A DNA stretch of 64,000 nucleotides, from the NCBI GenBank assembly GCA_965221125.1, contig CBDCRW010000006.1:96001-160000 (forward strand), in the 5' to 3' direction. The stretch is from Alphaproteobacteria bacterium (GTDB taxonomy: Bacteria > Pseudomonadota > Alphaproteobacteria > UBA828). A program made the translations under genes and the position numbers. The notes under the pieces were generated by a model. That model did not search any database. It saw only the letters and a list, made by a program, of their open reading frames with translations, and had not been told where the DNA came from. Every line of letters begins with the position of its first letter. Position 1 is the stretch's first letter. Shown in pieces: positions 10,629 through 21,054 of the stretch.

Positions 10629-12080
10629 ATGCGCACACGAATCATCCACCTCATCAATCCCCAGACCAACCAGTTCACCACGCGCCCGATGTACTTCAAC
10701 CGGGCGCTCTACTCGCCGCTGGCGGGTCTGCTGGCGGTCGCGGCGGTAATTCCGCAGGACAAGTACGAAGTCGTGATGACCGACGAGAACATCGAGGACA
10801 TCGACTTCGACCTGAAGGTCGACATGGTCGGCATCTCGGCCATGACGAGCTACGTGAAGCGCGGCTACGAGATCGCCGACCGCTACCGCGCGCAAGGCGT
10901 GCCCGTGGTCATGGGTGGCGTGCATGCGAGCTTCATGCCGCAGGAAGCGCTCGAGCACTGCGACGCCGTGGTGATCGGCGAGGCGGAGCTGGTCATGCCC
11001 AAGCTGCTCGACGACCTGGATCGCGGCGAGGTCAAGGGCATCTACCGCGCCGACACGCTGCATCCCATGGTCGACGTGCCGATTCCCCGCTACGACCTGG
11101 TGAAGAAGAACCGCTACGTCAACCGCACCTTCGTCCAGACCTCGCGCGGCTGCCACCAGGGCTGCACCTTCTGCGCCGAGCCGCTGATGAACGGGCTCAA
11201 GTTCCGCTACCGGCCGGTCGACGAGGTGATCCGCGAGATCGAGATGTGCGGGCAGCGCACGATCTCCCTCAACGACGCCGATTTCTTCGGCACCGAGGAG
11301 CGGCCCAAGGAAGTGATGCGGGCGCTCCGGGGGCGCGGCATCCGCTGGCAGGCCGCCGCCACCAGCAAGCTCGCGCAGAAGGACGAGATGCTGGAGCTCG
11401 CGGCCGAGAGCGGCTGCTACATGCTGAGCATCGGCTTCGAATCGATCTCGCGCGAGACGCTCAAGCGCGTCCACAAGTACGTCAACCGGCCTGAGCAATT
11501 CGCCGCCCTGGTGGAGAAGATCCACAGCTACGGGATCATGGTCTTCGGGCTCTTCATGTTCGGCTTCGGCGGCGACGACGAGACCGTCTTCGACGAGACG
11601 ACGAAGTTCAACATCGACGCCAAGTACGACGCCTGCGCCTACTCGGTGCTGACCCCCTATCCCGGCACGCTCACCTGGTACGAGATGAAGAAGGCCGGGC
11701 AGATCGTCTCCTACGACTGGGACCTCTACGACCAGGGGCACATCGTCTACCAGCCGGAGAAGCTCTCCACCCAGGTGCTGCGCGAAGGCCACATGCGGGC
11801 CTACCGGAACTTCTACTCGCTCCCCTCGATCGCCAAGCGCTTCCCGCTCACCGGCTCGCGCAACCGGCTGCACTGGAGCATTTACAATGGCTTCTTCCGC
11901 CGGGGCGAGGTGACGGGACGCGAGATGGAGAAGCCCATCGCCGACGCGACGCCCGAGCCCAAGACCATCCCGGTGCCGCCGATCATGCCGCAGAAGCGCG
12001 AGTGGCGTGAGATGGTGGCCGAGGGCATCGGCCCCATGCCGGCGCCTCAGACCGAGCGGGAGCTGCGCAGCCAGGCGTAA
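10629..12080 (+). CDS. B12-binding radical SAM protein
   Basis: N-terminal cobalamin-binding-like domain (VGIS..., VVMGGVHAS, VIGEAE); SRGCHQGCTFC cluster motif; GFES and TPYPGT. Confidence 0.88.
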   Translation: MRTRIIHLINPQTNQFTTRPMYFNRALYSPLAGLLAVAAVIPQDKYEVVMTDENIEDIDFDLKVDMVGISAMTSYVKRGYEIADRYRAQGVPVVMGGVHASFMPQEALEHCDAVVIGEAELVMPKLLDDLDRGEVKGIYRADTLHPMVDVPIPRYDLVKKNRYVNRTFVQTSRGCHQGCTFCAEPLMNGLKFRYRPVDEVIREIEMCGQRTISLNDADFFGTEERPKEVMRALRGRGIRWQAAATSKLAQKDEMLELAAESGCYMLSIGFESISRETLKRVHKYVNRPEQFAALVEKIHSYGIMVFGLFMFGFGGDDETVFDETTKFNIDAKYDACAYSVLTPYPGTLTWYEMKKAGQIVSYDWDLYDQGHIVYQPEKLSTQVLREGHMRAYRNFYSLPSIAKRFPLTGSRNRLHWSIYNGFFRRGEVTGREMEKPIADATPEPKTIPVPPIMPQKREWREMVAEGIGPMPAPQTERELRSQA

Positions 12081-12211
12081 GCCGCGCGCCGCTGGCGCCC
12101 CAAAAGCTTTTTTTGCAAAACGAAGCCAATTCTCGGTAATGGACTGATTCAGCTAAATTATTCGCCCAATTCGGGGAACCACCGATCGCGGCCGGTGCTC
12201 GAAACGGCGGC

Positions 12212-15200
12212 TTATTCCGCGGTGGCCGCTTCCTTCGGCGCTGCCGCGAAGCTCGGGTCGCGGCCGTAGGCGCCTAGCCCGTCGAGACTGACGAAGCCGT
12301 CCGCGAGGTCGGCGCGGAGTGCGTCGTCCGCCCGCTCGCGCGGGTCGCCGTAGCCGCCGCCGCCCGGCACGCGCACGAGGATCTGATCGCCCCGGTGCAG
12401 CCGGATGTTCACGAACTTCGTCGGGCTCACTGTGCCGTAGACCTCCTTGAAGGTGCGGAAGTCCTCGTCTTCCACGCGCTTGACGAAGAAGCCCGTGGGC
12501 GCGCCCGCCTGTCCCTTCATCAGCCCGTAGGGCCCCTCGGTGATGCGGTCGGTGAGTGCGCTCACGCTGATGGCGTCGGCGATCACCTCGAACTGCCGCC
12601 AGCAGCCGAGCCCGCCGCGCCACTTGCCGGCGCCCCCTGAATCCGGGCGGATCTCGTACTTGAGGACGCGGAGCGGAAAGCGCGTCTCGAACACCTCGAT
12701 CGGCGTCGCCCGGATGGTGCTCGCGTGCGCGCAGCAGAGCGCCGTGTTGCCGTCCTTGCCGAGCCGCCCGCCCCAGCCGCCGCCTTCGAGCTGATAGTGG
12801 GTCCAGTACTCGTCCGTATCGGGGTGGATGCCGCCCAAGAGCAGGTTGCACGCGGTGCCCCCCTCGGCGGCGCTCACCATCTCCGGCACGGCCTTCGACA
12901 GCGCGTGCTGCACCGCCGCGATGATGCGGGGCTGGCCCTCGGTGTTGCCGGCGACGCTGGGCGCGGGGAACACCGGGTTCGCCACCGTGCCGGGCGGTGC
13001 GACCACGCGGAGCGGCTTGAAGCAGCCGCTGTTCAGCGGCACGTCGCGGGCGCAGAGGGTCTGCAGCACGGCCGTGCAGCCGGCCGCCGCCGTCGCCACG
13101 TAGGTGACGTTGATCGGGCCCTGCGCCTGCTCGTCCGATTCCGAGAGATCGACCACGATCTCCTCGTCCCGGATGTGCACGGTGGGGCGGAAGTAGTAGC
13201 GCCGGGCGGTGACCCCGTCGTCCTCGAAATAGTCCTCGGCCTTGTAGATGCCGTTGGGGAGCTTCCTGATCTCGTTCCGCATCCAGTGCTCGGCGTGGTC
13301 GACGAGGGCGTCGCAGATATTCTCGAACGTATCCACGCCGAGCCTCTTGACCAGCGCGCCCAGCCGCTGCTCGGCGGTGTTCAGCGAGCCGATCATCGCG
13401 TGGAAGTCGCCCCAGGTGGTGTTCGGCGTGCGGTGGTTGGCGAGCGTGATGCGCCAGACGTCCTTCACGTACTCGCCGCGCGAGAGCAGCTTCACGGGCG
13501 GCAGCCGGAGCCCTTCCTGAAACACCTCCGTGGCGGTGCTGGCGAAGGAGCCCACCGCCATGCCGCCGATCTCGGCGATATGGGCGATGTTGGCGGCGTA
13601 GCCGATCAGCGTGCCGTCGACGAAGACCGGCTTCATCAGCAGGTGCTCCGGCATGTGGCACTGGCCGCGGTAGGGATCGTTGTGGACGATCACGTCGCCC
13701 GGCTCGATCGGCTCCTCCATCTCTTTTACGCAAAGCGGCACCGTGTGCAGGCCGGCGCAGATGATCGCGGGGTTCATCTCCGCCTGCCCCACCATGCGCA
13801 GGCGGCGGTCGAACAGGCAGCACGAGAAGTCCCGCGACTCGCTGAAGATCGGCGAGTACGCGGTGCGCACCATGGCGCTTTCCATCTCGTTGCAGATGTT
13901 GCTGAGCGCGTTGTTGACCACGGTGAGCGTGACCGGGTCCTTCTCCGGCGCGAGCCGCCCGGTGCCGACTGTTGCTTCCGCCGCCCTGGGCAGGCTCACG
14001 ATGAGGCTGCCGTCGGCGCCGATCTCGACCTCGCTCCCCGGCGGCACGAGGGTGGTCGAATCCATCTCGTCGATGATCGCAGGCCCTGCGACCGCGCTGC
14101 CGGCGGGCAGTTCCGCCCGGCGGTAGATCGGCGTCTCCAGCGGCGCCTCGCCGTCGAAATAGACCTCGCGGTGGGCGTGCGCCCGGCCTGTGCCCGAGGC
14201 CGGCGCGCGCAGCGTCGCGTCGGTGCGCTCCTCGCCGACCGCGATCACGCGCACCTCGGTCATCTCGACGACCTTGTCGCGGAGCGCGTAGCCGTAGAGC
14301 TCCTCGTGCTGGCGGTGGAGGCTCTCCAGCGCCCGCGCGAAGCTCTCCGCATCGAGCTCCAGCGTCTCGAGCTGCACGAGTTCGCCGAAGTTCTGGCCCA
14401 TGTAGCGCATGCTGAGGTAGCCGGTAACCCGCGCTTCGCCCTCCAGCCCCTCGCGTCGCAGCTCCTCCACCGCCGCGCGGGCGAGCGCCCGCAGCTGGCC
14501 GTTGAGCGCGTCGAGGTCCGCCGAGTCCGAGCGGTGATTGACCGTCCGCGCGCGGTCGACGCGGAGGTCGGTGAGCAGCGTGCCGAGCGCCGAGCAGAGC
14601 CCCGGATGGGGCGGAACGACGACCTTCTTCATCTCGAGCGGCGCCGCCACGTCGACCGCATGGAGCGGGCCCGCGCCGCCGAAGGCGATCAGCGCATAGT
14701 CGCGGTGGTCGATGCCGCGCTCGACCGTCATCAGGCGGATCGCGTCCGCCATGTTCTCGGCCGCGGTCTCCAGGATCGCGCGCGCCGTCTCCACCGCCGT
14801 CAGCCCGAGCGTCTCTCCGAGCCCGGCCACCGCCGCGTGCGCGCTCGCGGCGTCGAGCGCCATCCCGCCGCCGAGGAAGTAATCGGGGTCGAGCCGGCCC
14901 AGCACCACGTTGGCGTCGGTCACCGTGGGTTCCGTGCCCCCCTTGCCGTAGCAGGCGGGGCCGGGGTCGGCACCGGCGCTGCGCGGTCCCACGCGCAGCA
15001 GGCCGCCCGCGTCGACGTAGGCGATGGACCCCCCGCCCGCGCCGATGGTGGTGTAGTCGATGAAGAGCGCGCTCACCGGCACGCCCCATTCCACCTCGTA
15101 CTCGGTGGTGGAGCCGAAGGCGCCGTCGGTGACGAGGCCCACATCGCAGCTCGTGCCCCCCATGTCGAGGGTGACGCCGTTGCCGTCCGCGTGGTCGCGG

Positions 15201-16027
15201 GCGAAGCGGGCGCCGGCGATGACGCCGCCGGCGAGGCCGGACAGCAGGAGCTGCACCGGCGCGTCGCCGGCGGACTCCGCCTGCAGGTGGCCGCCGTTGG
15301 ACTTCATGATTGAGAGCGGCGCTTCGATCCCCGCCGTCTGCAGGTCGGCCGAGACCCGGCCCACGAAGCGGTCGATGATGCGCTTGATGAAGGCGTCGGT
15401 GATGACCGTGGCGCTCCGCTCAAACTCGCGCCAGATCGGGCAGACGTGGCAGGAGAGCGAGACCGGCAGGTCGGGGAAGCGCTCGGCGAGGTAGGCGCCG
15501 ATGGCCTCCTCGTGGGCCGGATCGACGTAGGAGAAGAGCAGGTTGACCGCCACCGCCCACTCCTGCGCGGGCGCGCTCACGAGCCATCCGTCGATCCAGT
15601 CGCCGAGGCGTTCCAGCTCCGCCCGCTCCAGCGCGATCAGGATGTTGCCCTTGTGATCGACGCGCTCCTTGATGCCGAACACGTGGCGGCGCAGCACGCC
15701 CGCCGAGGGCTTCTCCCAGGCCGGGTTGTAGGCCTCCTTGCGGGCGATGATGCCGATGATGGGGACGTCCTGCACGCCGTCGGTCCCGACGTAGAGCACG
15801 GTCGCGCCCTTCTTCTGCAGGCGCGCGTTGGTGGCGATGGTGGTGCCGAGCACGATGCGGCCGATCTCGTCCGGCGTGAGCGCGCTCTGGCCGATGGCGT
15901 CGAGCGGCGCGGCGGCGGGCTGCTGCGGCGTCGACGGGACCTTGACCGTGCGGATCCGCCCGCTCCGGTCGTCCAGCGCCACGAGGTCGGTGAAGGTGCC
16001 GCCGGTGTCGATGCCGACCCTATACAT
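12212..16027 (-). CDS. Fused hydantoinase A+B / 5-oxoprolinase-like ATP-dependent amidohydrolase (1271 aa)
   Basis: A-domain motifs DTGGTFTD, GTTIATNA, DMGGTSCD and GAGGGSIA, then B-domain motifs ESRDFSC, NDPYRGQCHMPE, HIAEIGG, EGLRLPP and PGGGGYG. Confidence 0.92.
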   Translation of the reverse strand: MYRVGIDTGGTFTDLVALDDRSGRIRTVKVPSTPQQPAAAPLDAIGQSALTPDEIGRIVLGTTIATNARLQKKGATVLYVGTDGVQDVPIIGIIARKEAYNPAWEKPSAGVLRRHVFGIKERVDHKGNILIALERAELERLGDWIDGWLVSAPAQEWAVAVNLLFSYVDPAHEEAIGAYLAERFPDLPVSLSCHVCPIWREFERSATVITDAFIKRIIDRFVGRVSADLQTAGIEAPLSIMKSNGGHLQAESAGDAPVQLLLSGLAGGVIAGARFARDHADGNGVTLDMGGTSCDVGLVTDGAFGSTTEYEVEWGVPVSALFIDYTTIGAGGGSIAYVDAGGLLRVGPRSAGADPGPACYGKGGTEPTVTDANVVLGRLDPDYFLGGGMALDAASAHAAVAGLGETLGLTAVETARAILETAAENMADAIRLMTVERGIDHRDYALIAFGGAGPLHAVDVAAPLEMKKVVVPPHPGLCSALGTLLTDLRVDRARTVNHRSDSADLDALNGQLRALARAAVEELRREGLEGEARVTGYLSMRYMGQNFGELVQLETLELDAESFARALESLHRQHEELYGYALRDKVVEMTEVRVIAVGEERTDATLRAPASGTGRAHAHREVYFDGEAPLETPIYRRAELPAGSAVAGPAIIDEMDSTTLVPPGSEVEIGADGSLIVSLPRAAEATVGTGRLAPEKDPVTLTVVNNALSNICNEMESAMVRTAYSPIFSESRDFSCCLFDRRLRMVGQAEMNPAIICAGLHTVPLCVKEMEEPIEPGDVIVHNDPYRGQCHMPEHLLMKPVFVDGTLIGYAANIAHIAEIGGMAVGSFASTATEVFQEGLRLPPVKLLSRGEYVKDVWRITLANHRTPNTTWGDFHAMIGSLNTAEQRLGALVKRLGVDTFENICDALVDHAEHWMRNEIRKLPNGIYKAEDYFEDDGVTARRYYFRPTVHIRDEEIVVDLSESDEQAQGPINVTYVATAAAGCTAVLQTLCARDVPLNSGCFKPLRVVAPPGTVANPVFPAPSVAGNTEGQPRIIAAVQHALSKAVPEMVSAAEGGTACNLLLGGIHPDTDEYWTHYQLEGGGWGGRLGKDGNTALCCAHASTIRATPIEVFETRFPLRVLKYEIRPDSGGAGKWRGGLGCWRQFEVIADAISVSALTDRITEGPYGLMKGQAGAPTGFFVKRVEDEDFRTFKEVYGTVSPTKFVNIRLHRGDQILVRVPGGGGYGDPRERADDALRADLADGFVSLDGLGAYGRDPSFAAAPKEAATAE

Positions 16028-16259
16028 CCTTGGCCTCCCCGGCCTGGCCTGCGTCCTCGACGCGGCCGGCGGCCTTCGCCGCGGCGAACTCCGCCCGGAC
16101 GCGCCGCTTCACGTCGGCGCACCTGTCCTCGCAGTACATCTCGCCGGGAAACTCGTCGTCCGCCCAGTATTCCCGCGCCATCATGATGCCGCAGAAGGAG
16201 CAGTTGAAAATCCGCGTGTCGTACCAGGCAAGGTCGAACGGGACCCACTTGCCGCTCAT
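16020..16259 (-). CDS. Small Cys-rich, putative zinc-binding protein (79 aa) overlapping the start of the oxoprolinase-like gene
   Basis: ATG at 16259 preceded by GGGAGG; CSFC-x19-CEDRC; stop overlaps the downstream ATG by 8 nt; codon usage matches the host. Confidence 0.7.
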   Translation of the reverse strand: MSGKWVPFDLAWYDTRIFNCSFCGIMMAREYWADDEFPGEMYCEDRCADVKRRVRAEFAAAKAAGRVEDAGQAGEAKDV

Positions 16260-16350
16260 CTCAGGCCGCCTCCCACCAGTCTCGGACGGCCGAGACACTT
16301 TCACGAGAGGGCAGGAGGGTCAACGGCGGCTGTCTTGCCGCCCGGCGCAC

Positions 16351-17319
16351 TTACCAGCCGCGCGCCTGCTCGATGACGCGCACGTTGCGGAGCCCGTCCT
16401 CGGCGCTGACCGCGAGCGGCTCGGCGCGGGCTATGGCGCGGGTGACGCTCTCCACCTGCGCCTTGTAGGTGTCGTGACCCTTGAGCGGCGCGGTGCGCGC
16501 CTCGCCGCCCTTGCGCACCGTGGTGACGGTGCCGGGGAGGCCGACGAAGCCGCCTTCGATCCGGCAGTAGCCTTCGCTGCCGAGCAGCTCGATGCCGCCG
16601 CCGCTGGTGACCGCAGTCGACGCCGAGATGGTGCCGACGGCGCCGTTCTCGAAGCCGATGGTGAGGAAGGCGGTGTCGGCGGAGCGCCCATACGCCTTGT
16701 TGGAGAGATGGGCGTGCACCGACTTCGCTTCCCCGTTGAACCAGCGCAGCAGGTCGATGAAATGCGTGCCGACGTCGCCCAGCACCCAGCAGCCGGAGGT
16801 TTCGTCGTCGAGCCGCCACCAGTCGTCCGGCACGTGCGGGTAGCGGTAGTGGAACTGGCCGTGCATGCGCACCGGCGCGCCGAAGCGGCCCGCCTGCCAC
16901 TGCTCGCGGAATCTGCTGAGCCTCGGGTGGTGGCGGCTGTTGTAGCCGATGGTGAGCAGGCGCCCGGCCTTGCGCGCGGCCCGGATCATGGAGCGGCACT
17001 CGGCCTGGCTCATCGCCATGGGCTTCTCGCAGAGCACGTGCTTGCCGGCATTGAGCGCCGCGATGGCCTGCTCCTTGTGCAGGTGGTTGGGGCTCGCGAT
17101 CCACACCACGTCGATCGCGTCGTCAGCGAGGAAGGCGCGGATGTCGGTGTAGCCCCGTGCTGCGCCGTGGCGCGCGCAGTAGCGCTCCGCGCCCTCCGGC
17201 GAGGACGAGAGCACGGCGTTGAGCCGGGCGCCCCGCGCCGCATTCACCGCCGGGCCCAGGACCATGTCGCTCCAGCCCCGCGTGCCGATCATGCCCCAGC
17301 CGACCGCCTTCGCCGCCAT
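16351..17319 (-). CDS. Gfo/Idh/MocA family oxidoreductase
   Basis: DVVWIASPNHLH, GKHVLCEKP and DVGTH motifs; start chosen at the ATG after GGGAGGGAG. Confidence 0.9.
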   Translation of the reverse strand: MAAKAVGWGMIGTRGWSDMVLGPAVNAARGARLNAVLSSSPEGAERYCARHGAARGYTDIRAFLADDAIDVVWIASPNHLHKEQAIAALNAGKHVLCEKPMAMSQAECRSMIRAARKAGRLLTIGYNSRHHPRLSRFREQWQAGRFGAPVRMHGQFHYRYPHVPDDWWRLDDETSGCWVLGDVGTHFIDLLRWFNGEAKSVHAHLSNKAYGRSADTAFLTIGFENGAVGTISASTAVTSGGGIELLGSEGYCRIEGGFVGLPGTVTTVRKGGEARTAPLKGHDTYKAQVESVTRAIARAEPLAVSAEDGLRNVRVIEQARGW

Positions 17320-17453
17320 GCTCCCCTCCCGCATGCCTGCTGCCGCCGGGCGATGGTATCACGGCGCGTCCTGCCGGACCGGCCGCATTGACCGCTCGCG
17401 GCGGCTACCCATACAGTGTGCGCCCTTCCCACCAGCGCACGCCCGACGCCCCG

Positions 17454-18653
17454 ATGAAAGCCCTCTCGGACATCGTGATGCTCGACCTGACGCACATGCT
17501 GTCGGGCCCCTTCGCAGGCATGCTGCTGGCCGACCTCGGCGCGCAGACGATCAAGGTGGAGCCGCCCGGCACCGGGGAGATGACCCGCGGCCTGCTGGGG
17601 GACGACCCCCGCTACTCCTACAAGGGCATGGGCCCCTACTTCCTCACCCTCAACCGCAACAAGAAGAGCGTCTGCATCGACCTCAAGCGCACGCAGGGGC
17701 GCGCCCTCTTCCACGAGCTGGCAGTCAGGGCCGACATCGTCGTCAACAACTTCCGCCCCGGCGTGACCGAGCGCCTCGGCATCGACCACGCGACGCTCAG
17801 CGCGATCAACCCCCGCATCGTCACCTGCAGCGTGACCGGATTCGGCGAGGAGGGCCCGGACTGCGACCGCACCGCCTTCGACGTGGTGGCGCAGGGCTAC
17901 GGCGGCGGCATGTCGATCACCGGGGAGGCCGGCGGCCCGCCCATCCGCGCCGGCGTGCCCATGGGCGACCTCACCAGCGGGCTCTTCGGCGCCGTCGCCA
18001 TGCTGGCGGCGCTGCACGCGCGCAACGTGACCGGGCAGGGCCAGCACGTCGACCTCTCCATGCAGGACTGCCAGGTCTCGCTCTTGAGCTACATCGCGGC
18101 GATGCACCTGCTCTCGGGCGAGGTGCCGCGCCAGTTCGGCAACGCGCATCCGATCTATGTCCCCTACAACGCGTTCCCGACTGCGGACCGCTGGCTCATC
18201 ATCGCGGTGGTGAAGGACGACCAGTGGGCGCGGCTGCGGGGCGTGTTGGGGAGCCCGGCGCTCGAGGATGCGCGCTTCGACGGCTACGAGGGCCGGCGCG
18301 ACAACCGTGAAGCGGTGGACGGCGCCATCACGCAGGCGCTGGCGGCGCGCGGCTGCGACGAGTGGCTGGAGCTGATGCGCGCGGCCAGGGTGCCCTGCGG
18401 CCCCGTGAACGACGTGGCCCGCGCGCTCACCGACGTTCAGGTGCAGGCCCGCGACATGGTGGTCGAGATCGCGCACCCGGAGGGCGGCTCGTTCCGCACC
18501 ACGGGCAATCCGATCAAGCTGAGCGGCTCGCCCGGCGAGAGCTACGGCCCGCCGCCGCTCCTCGGCCAGCACACGGACGAGGTGCTGGCGGGCCTCTGCG
18601 GCAAGAGCGACGCCGATCTCGCGCGTCTGCGCGAGGCCGGTGTGATAGCCTGA
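17454..18653 (+). CDS. CaiB/BaiF family (class III) CoA-transferase
   Basis: LDLTHMLSGPFAGMLLADLGA, NRNKKS, NFRPG, catalytic Asp in MGDLTSG, and PPLLGQHT. Confidence 0.92.
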   Translation: MKALSDIVMLDLTHMLSGPFAGMLLADLGAQTIKVEPPGTGEMTRGLLGDDPRYSYKGMGPYFLTLNRNKKSVCIDLKRTQGRALFHELAVRADIVVNNFRPGVTERLGIDHATLSAINPRIVTCSVTGFGEEGPDCDRTAFDVVAQGYGGGMSITGEAGGPPIRAGVPMGDLTSGLFGAVAMLAALHARNVTGQGQHVDLSMQDCQVSLLSYIAAMHLLSGEVPRQFGNAHPIYVPYNAFPTADRWLIIAVVKDDQWARLRGVLGSPALEDARFDGYEGRRDNREAVDGAITQALAARGCDEWLELMRAARVPCGPVNDVARALTDVQVQARDMVVEIAHPEGGSFRTTGNPIKLSGSPGESYGPPPLLGQHTDEVLAGLCGKSDADLARLREAGVIA

Positions 18654-18680
18654 GCCGCAGGCAGGACGGAAGGAAGAGAG

Positions 18681-19595
18681 ATGGGCGACGCGATCACCGT
18701 GCACGAGGTGGGGCTCCGCGACGGGCTCCAGAACCAGCCGCGCGTCGTGCCGACCGAGGGCAAGCTCAGGCTGCTCGACGCCCTGCTCGATGCGGGACTC
18801 CGCTCCGTCGAGGCCGCGAGCTTCGTCTCGCCCAAGGCGGTGCCGCAGATGGCGGACGCGGCGGATATCTTCGCCCGGCTGCCGGAAGACCGGGATGTCG
18901 GCTACGAGGCGCTGGTGCCCAACGAGAAGGGATACGAGCGCGCGGTGGATGCCGGGGTCACCACTGTGGCGCTGGTGCTCGCTACCACGGACACTTTCAA
19001 CCGGCGCAACATCAACATGTCGCTGGCGGAGGCGATCCGCGTCAACGAGACGGTGATCCGCCGCGCGAAGGCGGACGGCATCCGCGCCCGCTCCTACCTC
19101 TCCGTGGTCGCCGCCTGCCCCTACGAGGGCGTGGTGCCGCCGGAGACGGTGCTCGATCTCGCAGCCCGCATGTTCGACGCCGGCGCCGACGAGCTTGCGC
19201 TGGGCGATTCCACCGGGGCGGGCACGCCGCCGCAGATGGCGCACCTCTTCGAGACGCTGGCGCACCGCTACGGGCCGGAGCGCTTGGCCGGCCACTTCCA
19301 CGACACCCGCGCCATGGGTCTCACGCTCACCTGGGTCGCCATCGAGTGCGGCATCCGCAAGTTCGACAGCTCCATCGGCGGCCTCGGCGGCTGCCCCTTC
19401 GCGCCCGGCGCCACCGGCAACCTCGCCACCGAGGACCTGGTGTTCATGCTGAGCGAGGCCGGCTTCGAGACCGGCATCGACGTGGGTGGCCTGCGCCGCG
19501 CCGTCGCTATCGCCGAGGAGCTGACCGGCCAGAGCCTGGGCGGCCGGATCACGCCCTTCCTGGACTCGCAGCAGAAGCGCGCTTTAGCGAGTTAA
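18681..19595 (+). CDS. Hydroxymethylglutaryl-CoA lyase family (DRE-TIM) protein
   Basis: [28 protein letters not shown] and [21 protein letters not shown]. Confidence 0.9.
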   Translation: MGDAITVHEVGLRDGLQNQPRVVPTEGKLRLLDALLDAGLRSVEAASFVSPKAVPQMADAADIFARLPEDRDVGYEALVPNEKGYERAVDAGVTTVALVLATTDTFNRRNINMSLAEAIRVNETVIRRAKADGIRARSYLSVVAACPYEGVVPPETVLDLAARMFDAGADELALGDSTGAGTPPQMAHLFETLAHRYGPERLAGHFHDTRAMGLTLTWVAIECGIRKFDSSIGGLGGCPFAPGATGNLATEDLVFMLSEAGFETGIDVGGLRRAVAIAEELTGQSLGGRITPFLDSQQKRALAS

Positions 19596-20239
19596 TCCGT
19601 ACCAAAGAGCCGGTCGCCGGCGTCCCCTAAACCCGGCACGATATAGGCCTTCTCGTTCAGGCAGTCGTCGAGGGAGGCCGCCCACACCTCGACACGCGCG
19701 TGCTTCTCGTTGAAGGCGCGCATGCCCTCGGGCGATGCGACCATGGCCATGAAGCGGACGTTGCCGTCGTCGATGCCGTTCCGGTTGAGCAGGTCGACCG
19801 CGTAGGAGGCGGAGTAGCCGGTCGCCAGCATCGGGTCGACCAGGATGAAGAGGCGGTTCGTGTCCGCCGGCAGCCTCACGTAGTACTCCACGGGGCGGTG
19901 CGTCTTGGGGTCGCGGTAGAGCCCGATGTGGCCGAGCGGCGCGGTCGGCAGCAGTTCCGCCAGCCCTTCCGCCATGCCGAGGCCGGCGCGCAGGATGGGG
20001 ACGATGGCGGGCTTGTGGCCGCGCAGGAAAGGGGCCTCCATCTCCGTCAGCGGCGTCTCGATGGTCCGCGAGTCCATCGGCAGGCCGCGCGTGATCTCGT
20101 AGCCGATGAGCAGCGCGATCTCGCGCAAGAGCGCGCGGAACAGCGGGGTCCACGTCGTCCTGTCGCGCAGGTGGCTCAGCTTGTGCTGCACCAGCGGGTG
20201 GTCGACCAGGTGGAGGTTGGGAAACGGGTTCTCGCTCAT
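19592..20239 (-). CDS. upp: Uracil phosphoribosyltransferase
   Basis: [25 protein letters not shown] and [16 protein letters not shown]. Confidence 0.97.
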   Translation of the reverse strand: MSENPFPNLHLVDHPLVQHKLSHLRDRTTWTPLFRALLREIALLIGYEITRGLPMDSRTIETPLTEMEAPFLRGHKPAIVPILRAGLGMAEGLAELLPTAPLGHIGLYRDPKTHRPVEYYVRLPADTNRLFILVDPMLATGYSASYAVDLLNRNGIDDGNVRFMAMVASPEGMRAFNEKHARVEVWAASLDDCLNEKAYIVPGLGDAGDRLFGTD

Positions 20240-20243
20240 GGGC

Positions 20244-20828
20244 TTATCGGCTCGCTTGCGTTTGGGGGTCGTTGTAGAGCGACGGGACGATCCAGGGCAT
20301 CAGCAGCCGGAAGGGGATCAGCAGCACCGCCGCCATGCCGACCTTGACCCCGAAGTCGCCGAGCGCCCAGGTCACCCACGGCAGTCCGGTCAGCGCGAAG
20401 GCCGCGCTGAAGAAGATGGCGGTATCGAGCGCCGACGCCGACAGCGAGGAGACCAGCGGCGCCCGCCACCAGAGGCCCCGCCTCAGCCGGTGGAAGAGCG
20501 CGATGTCGAAGAGCTGCGCGCAGATGAAGGCGAAGCCCGACGCCAATGCCACGCGCACGCCTTCCCACAGCGGAATGTCCGCCGCCACGGCGAGCACGAT
20601 GGAGAGCCCCATCCCGAACGGGAAGCCCACGTAGGCCACCGTGCGCGCCCGCGCTGGCCCCCACGCCCGGTTGGTGAGGTCGGTCACCAGGAACGCCAGC
20701 GGGTAGGTGAACGCGCCCCAGGTCAGCCAGTCGTTGATCGCGTGCTGGACGGCGACGTTGGAGACCCCGATCACCGCCATCATCGCGGCGATGGGGAGCC
20801 ACAGCGCCGCGGGCACGCTCGCCTTCAT
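20244..20828 (-). CDS. VUT/YhhQ family queuosine-precursor transporter
   Basis: [31 protein letters not shown] and [16 protein letters not shown] motifs; sits next to rpmB as in many alphaproteobacteria. Confidence 0.85.
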   Translation of the reverse strand: MKASVPAALWLPIAAMMAVIGVSNVAVQHAINDWLTWGAFTYPLAFLVTDLTNRAWGPARARTVAYVGFPFGMGLSIVLAVAADIPLWEGVRVALASGFAFICAQLFDIALFHRLRRGLWWRAPLVSSLSASALDTAIFFSAAFALTGLPWVTWALGDFGVKVGMAAVLLIPFRLLMPWIVPSLYNDPQTQASR

Positions 20829-21054
20829 GGCCGCGGACTATACGGCGCAGGCCCTGCGCGGCCAACGCGCGCGGACACACGGGGGGCTAACGTGCATTGG
20901 GGCCGGGCCGCAGGCCCGGACGGCGCGACCGTGCGTCGCACGGTCACGTGCGCAGGCGCACGATGCGCCGAAGGCGCGTAGCGTCGCGCGTCCACGCGCG
21001 CGGAGCGCACGATCGAGCGGAGTGAGCGCCCGGCGCCTGAGGGAACGACTAAAG

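Noticed and set aside
12725-15313. Very long antisense and alternate-frame ORFs (also 2438-4645, 12153-15089, 46461-49073 and others)
   Set aside because: Arg/Ala/Gly-rich shadows of real genes, expected at this GC content, with no family motifs.
20829-21054. preQ1 riboswitch upstream of the VUT transporter
   Set aside because: No recognisable preQ1 stem or A-rich tail in this GC-rich spacer.
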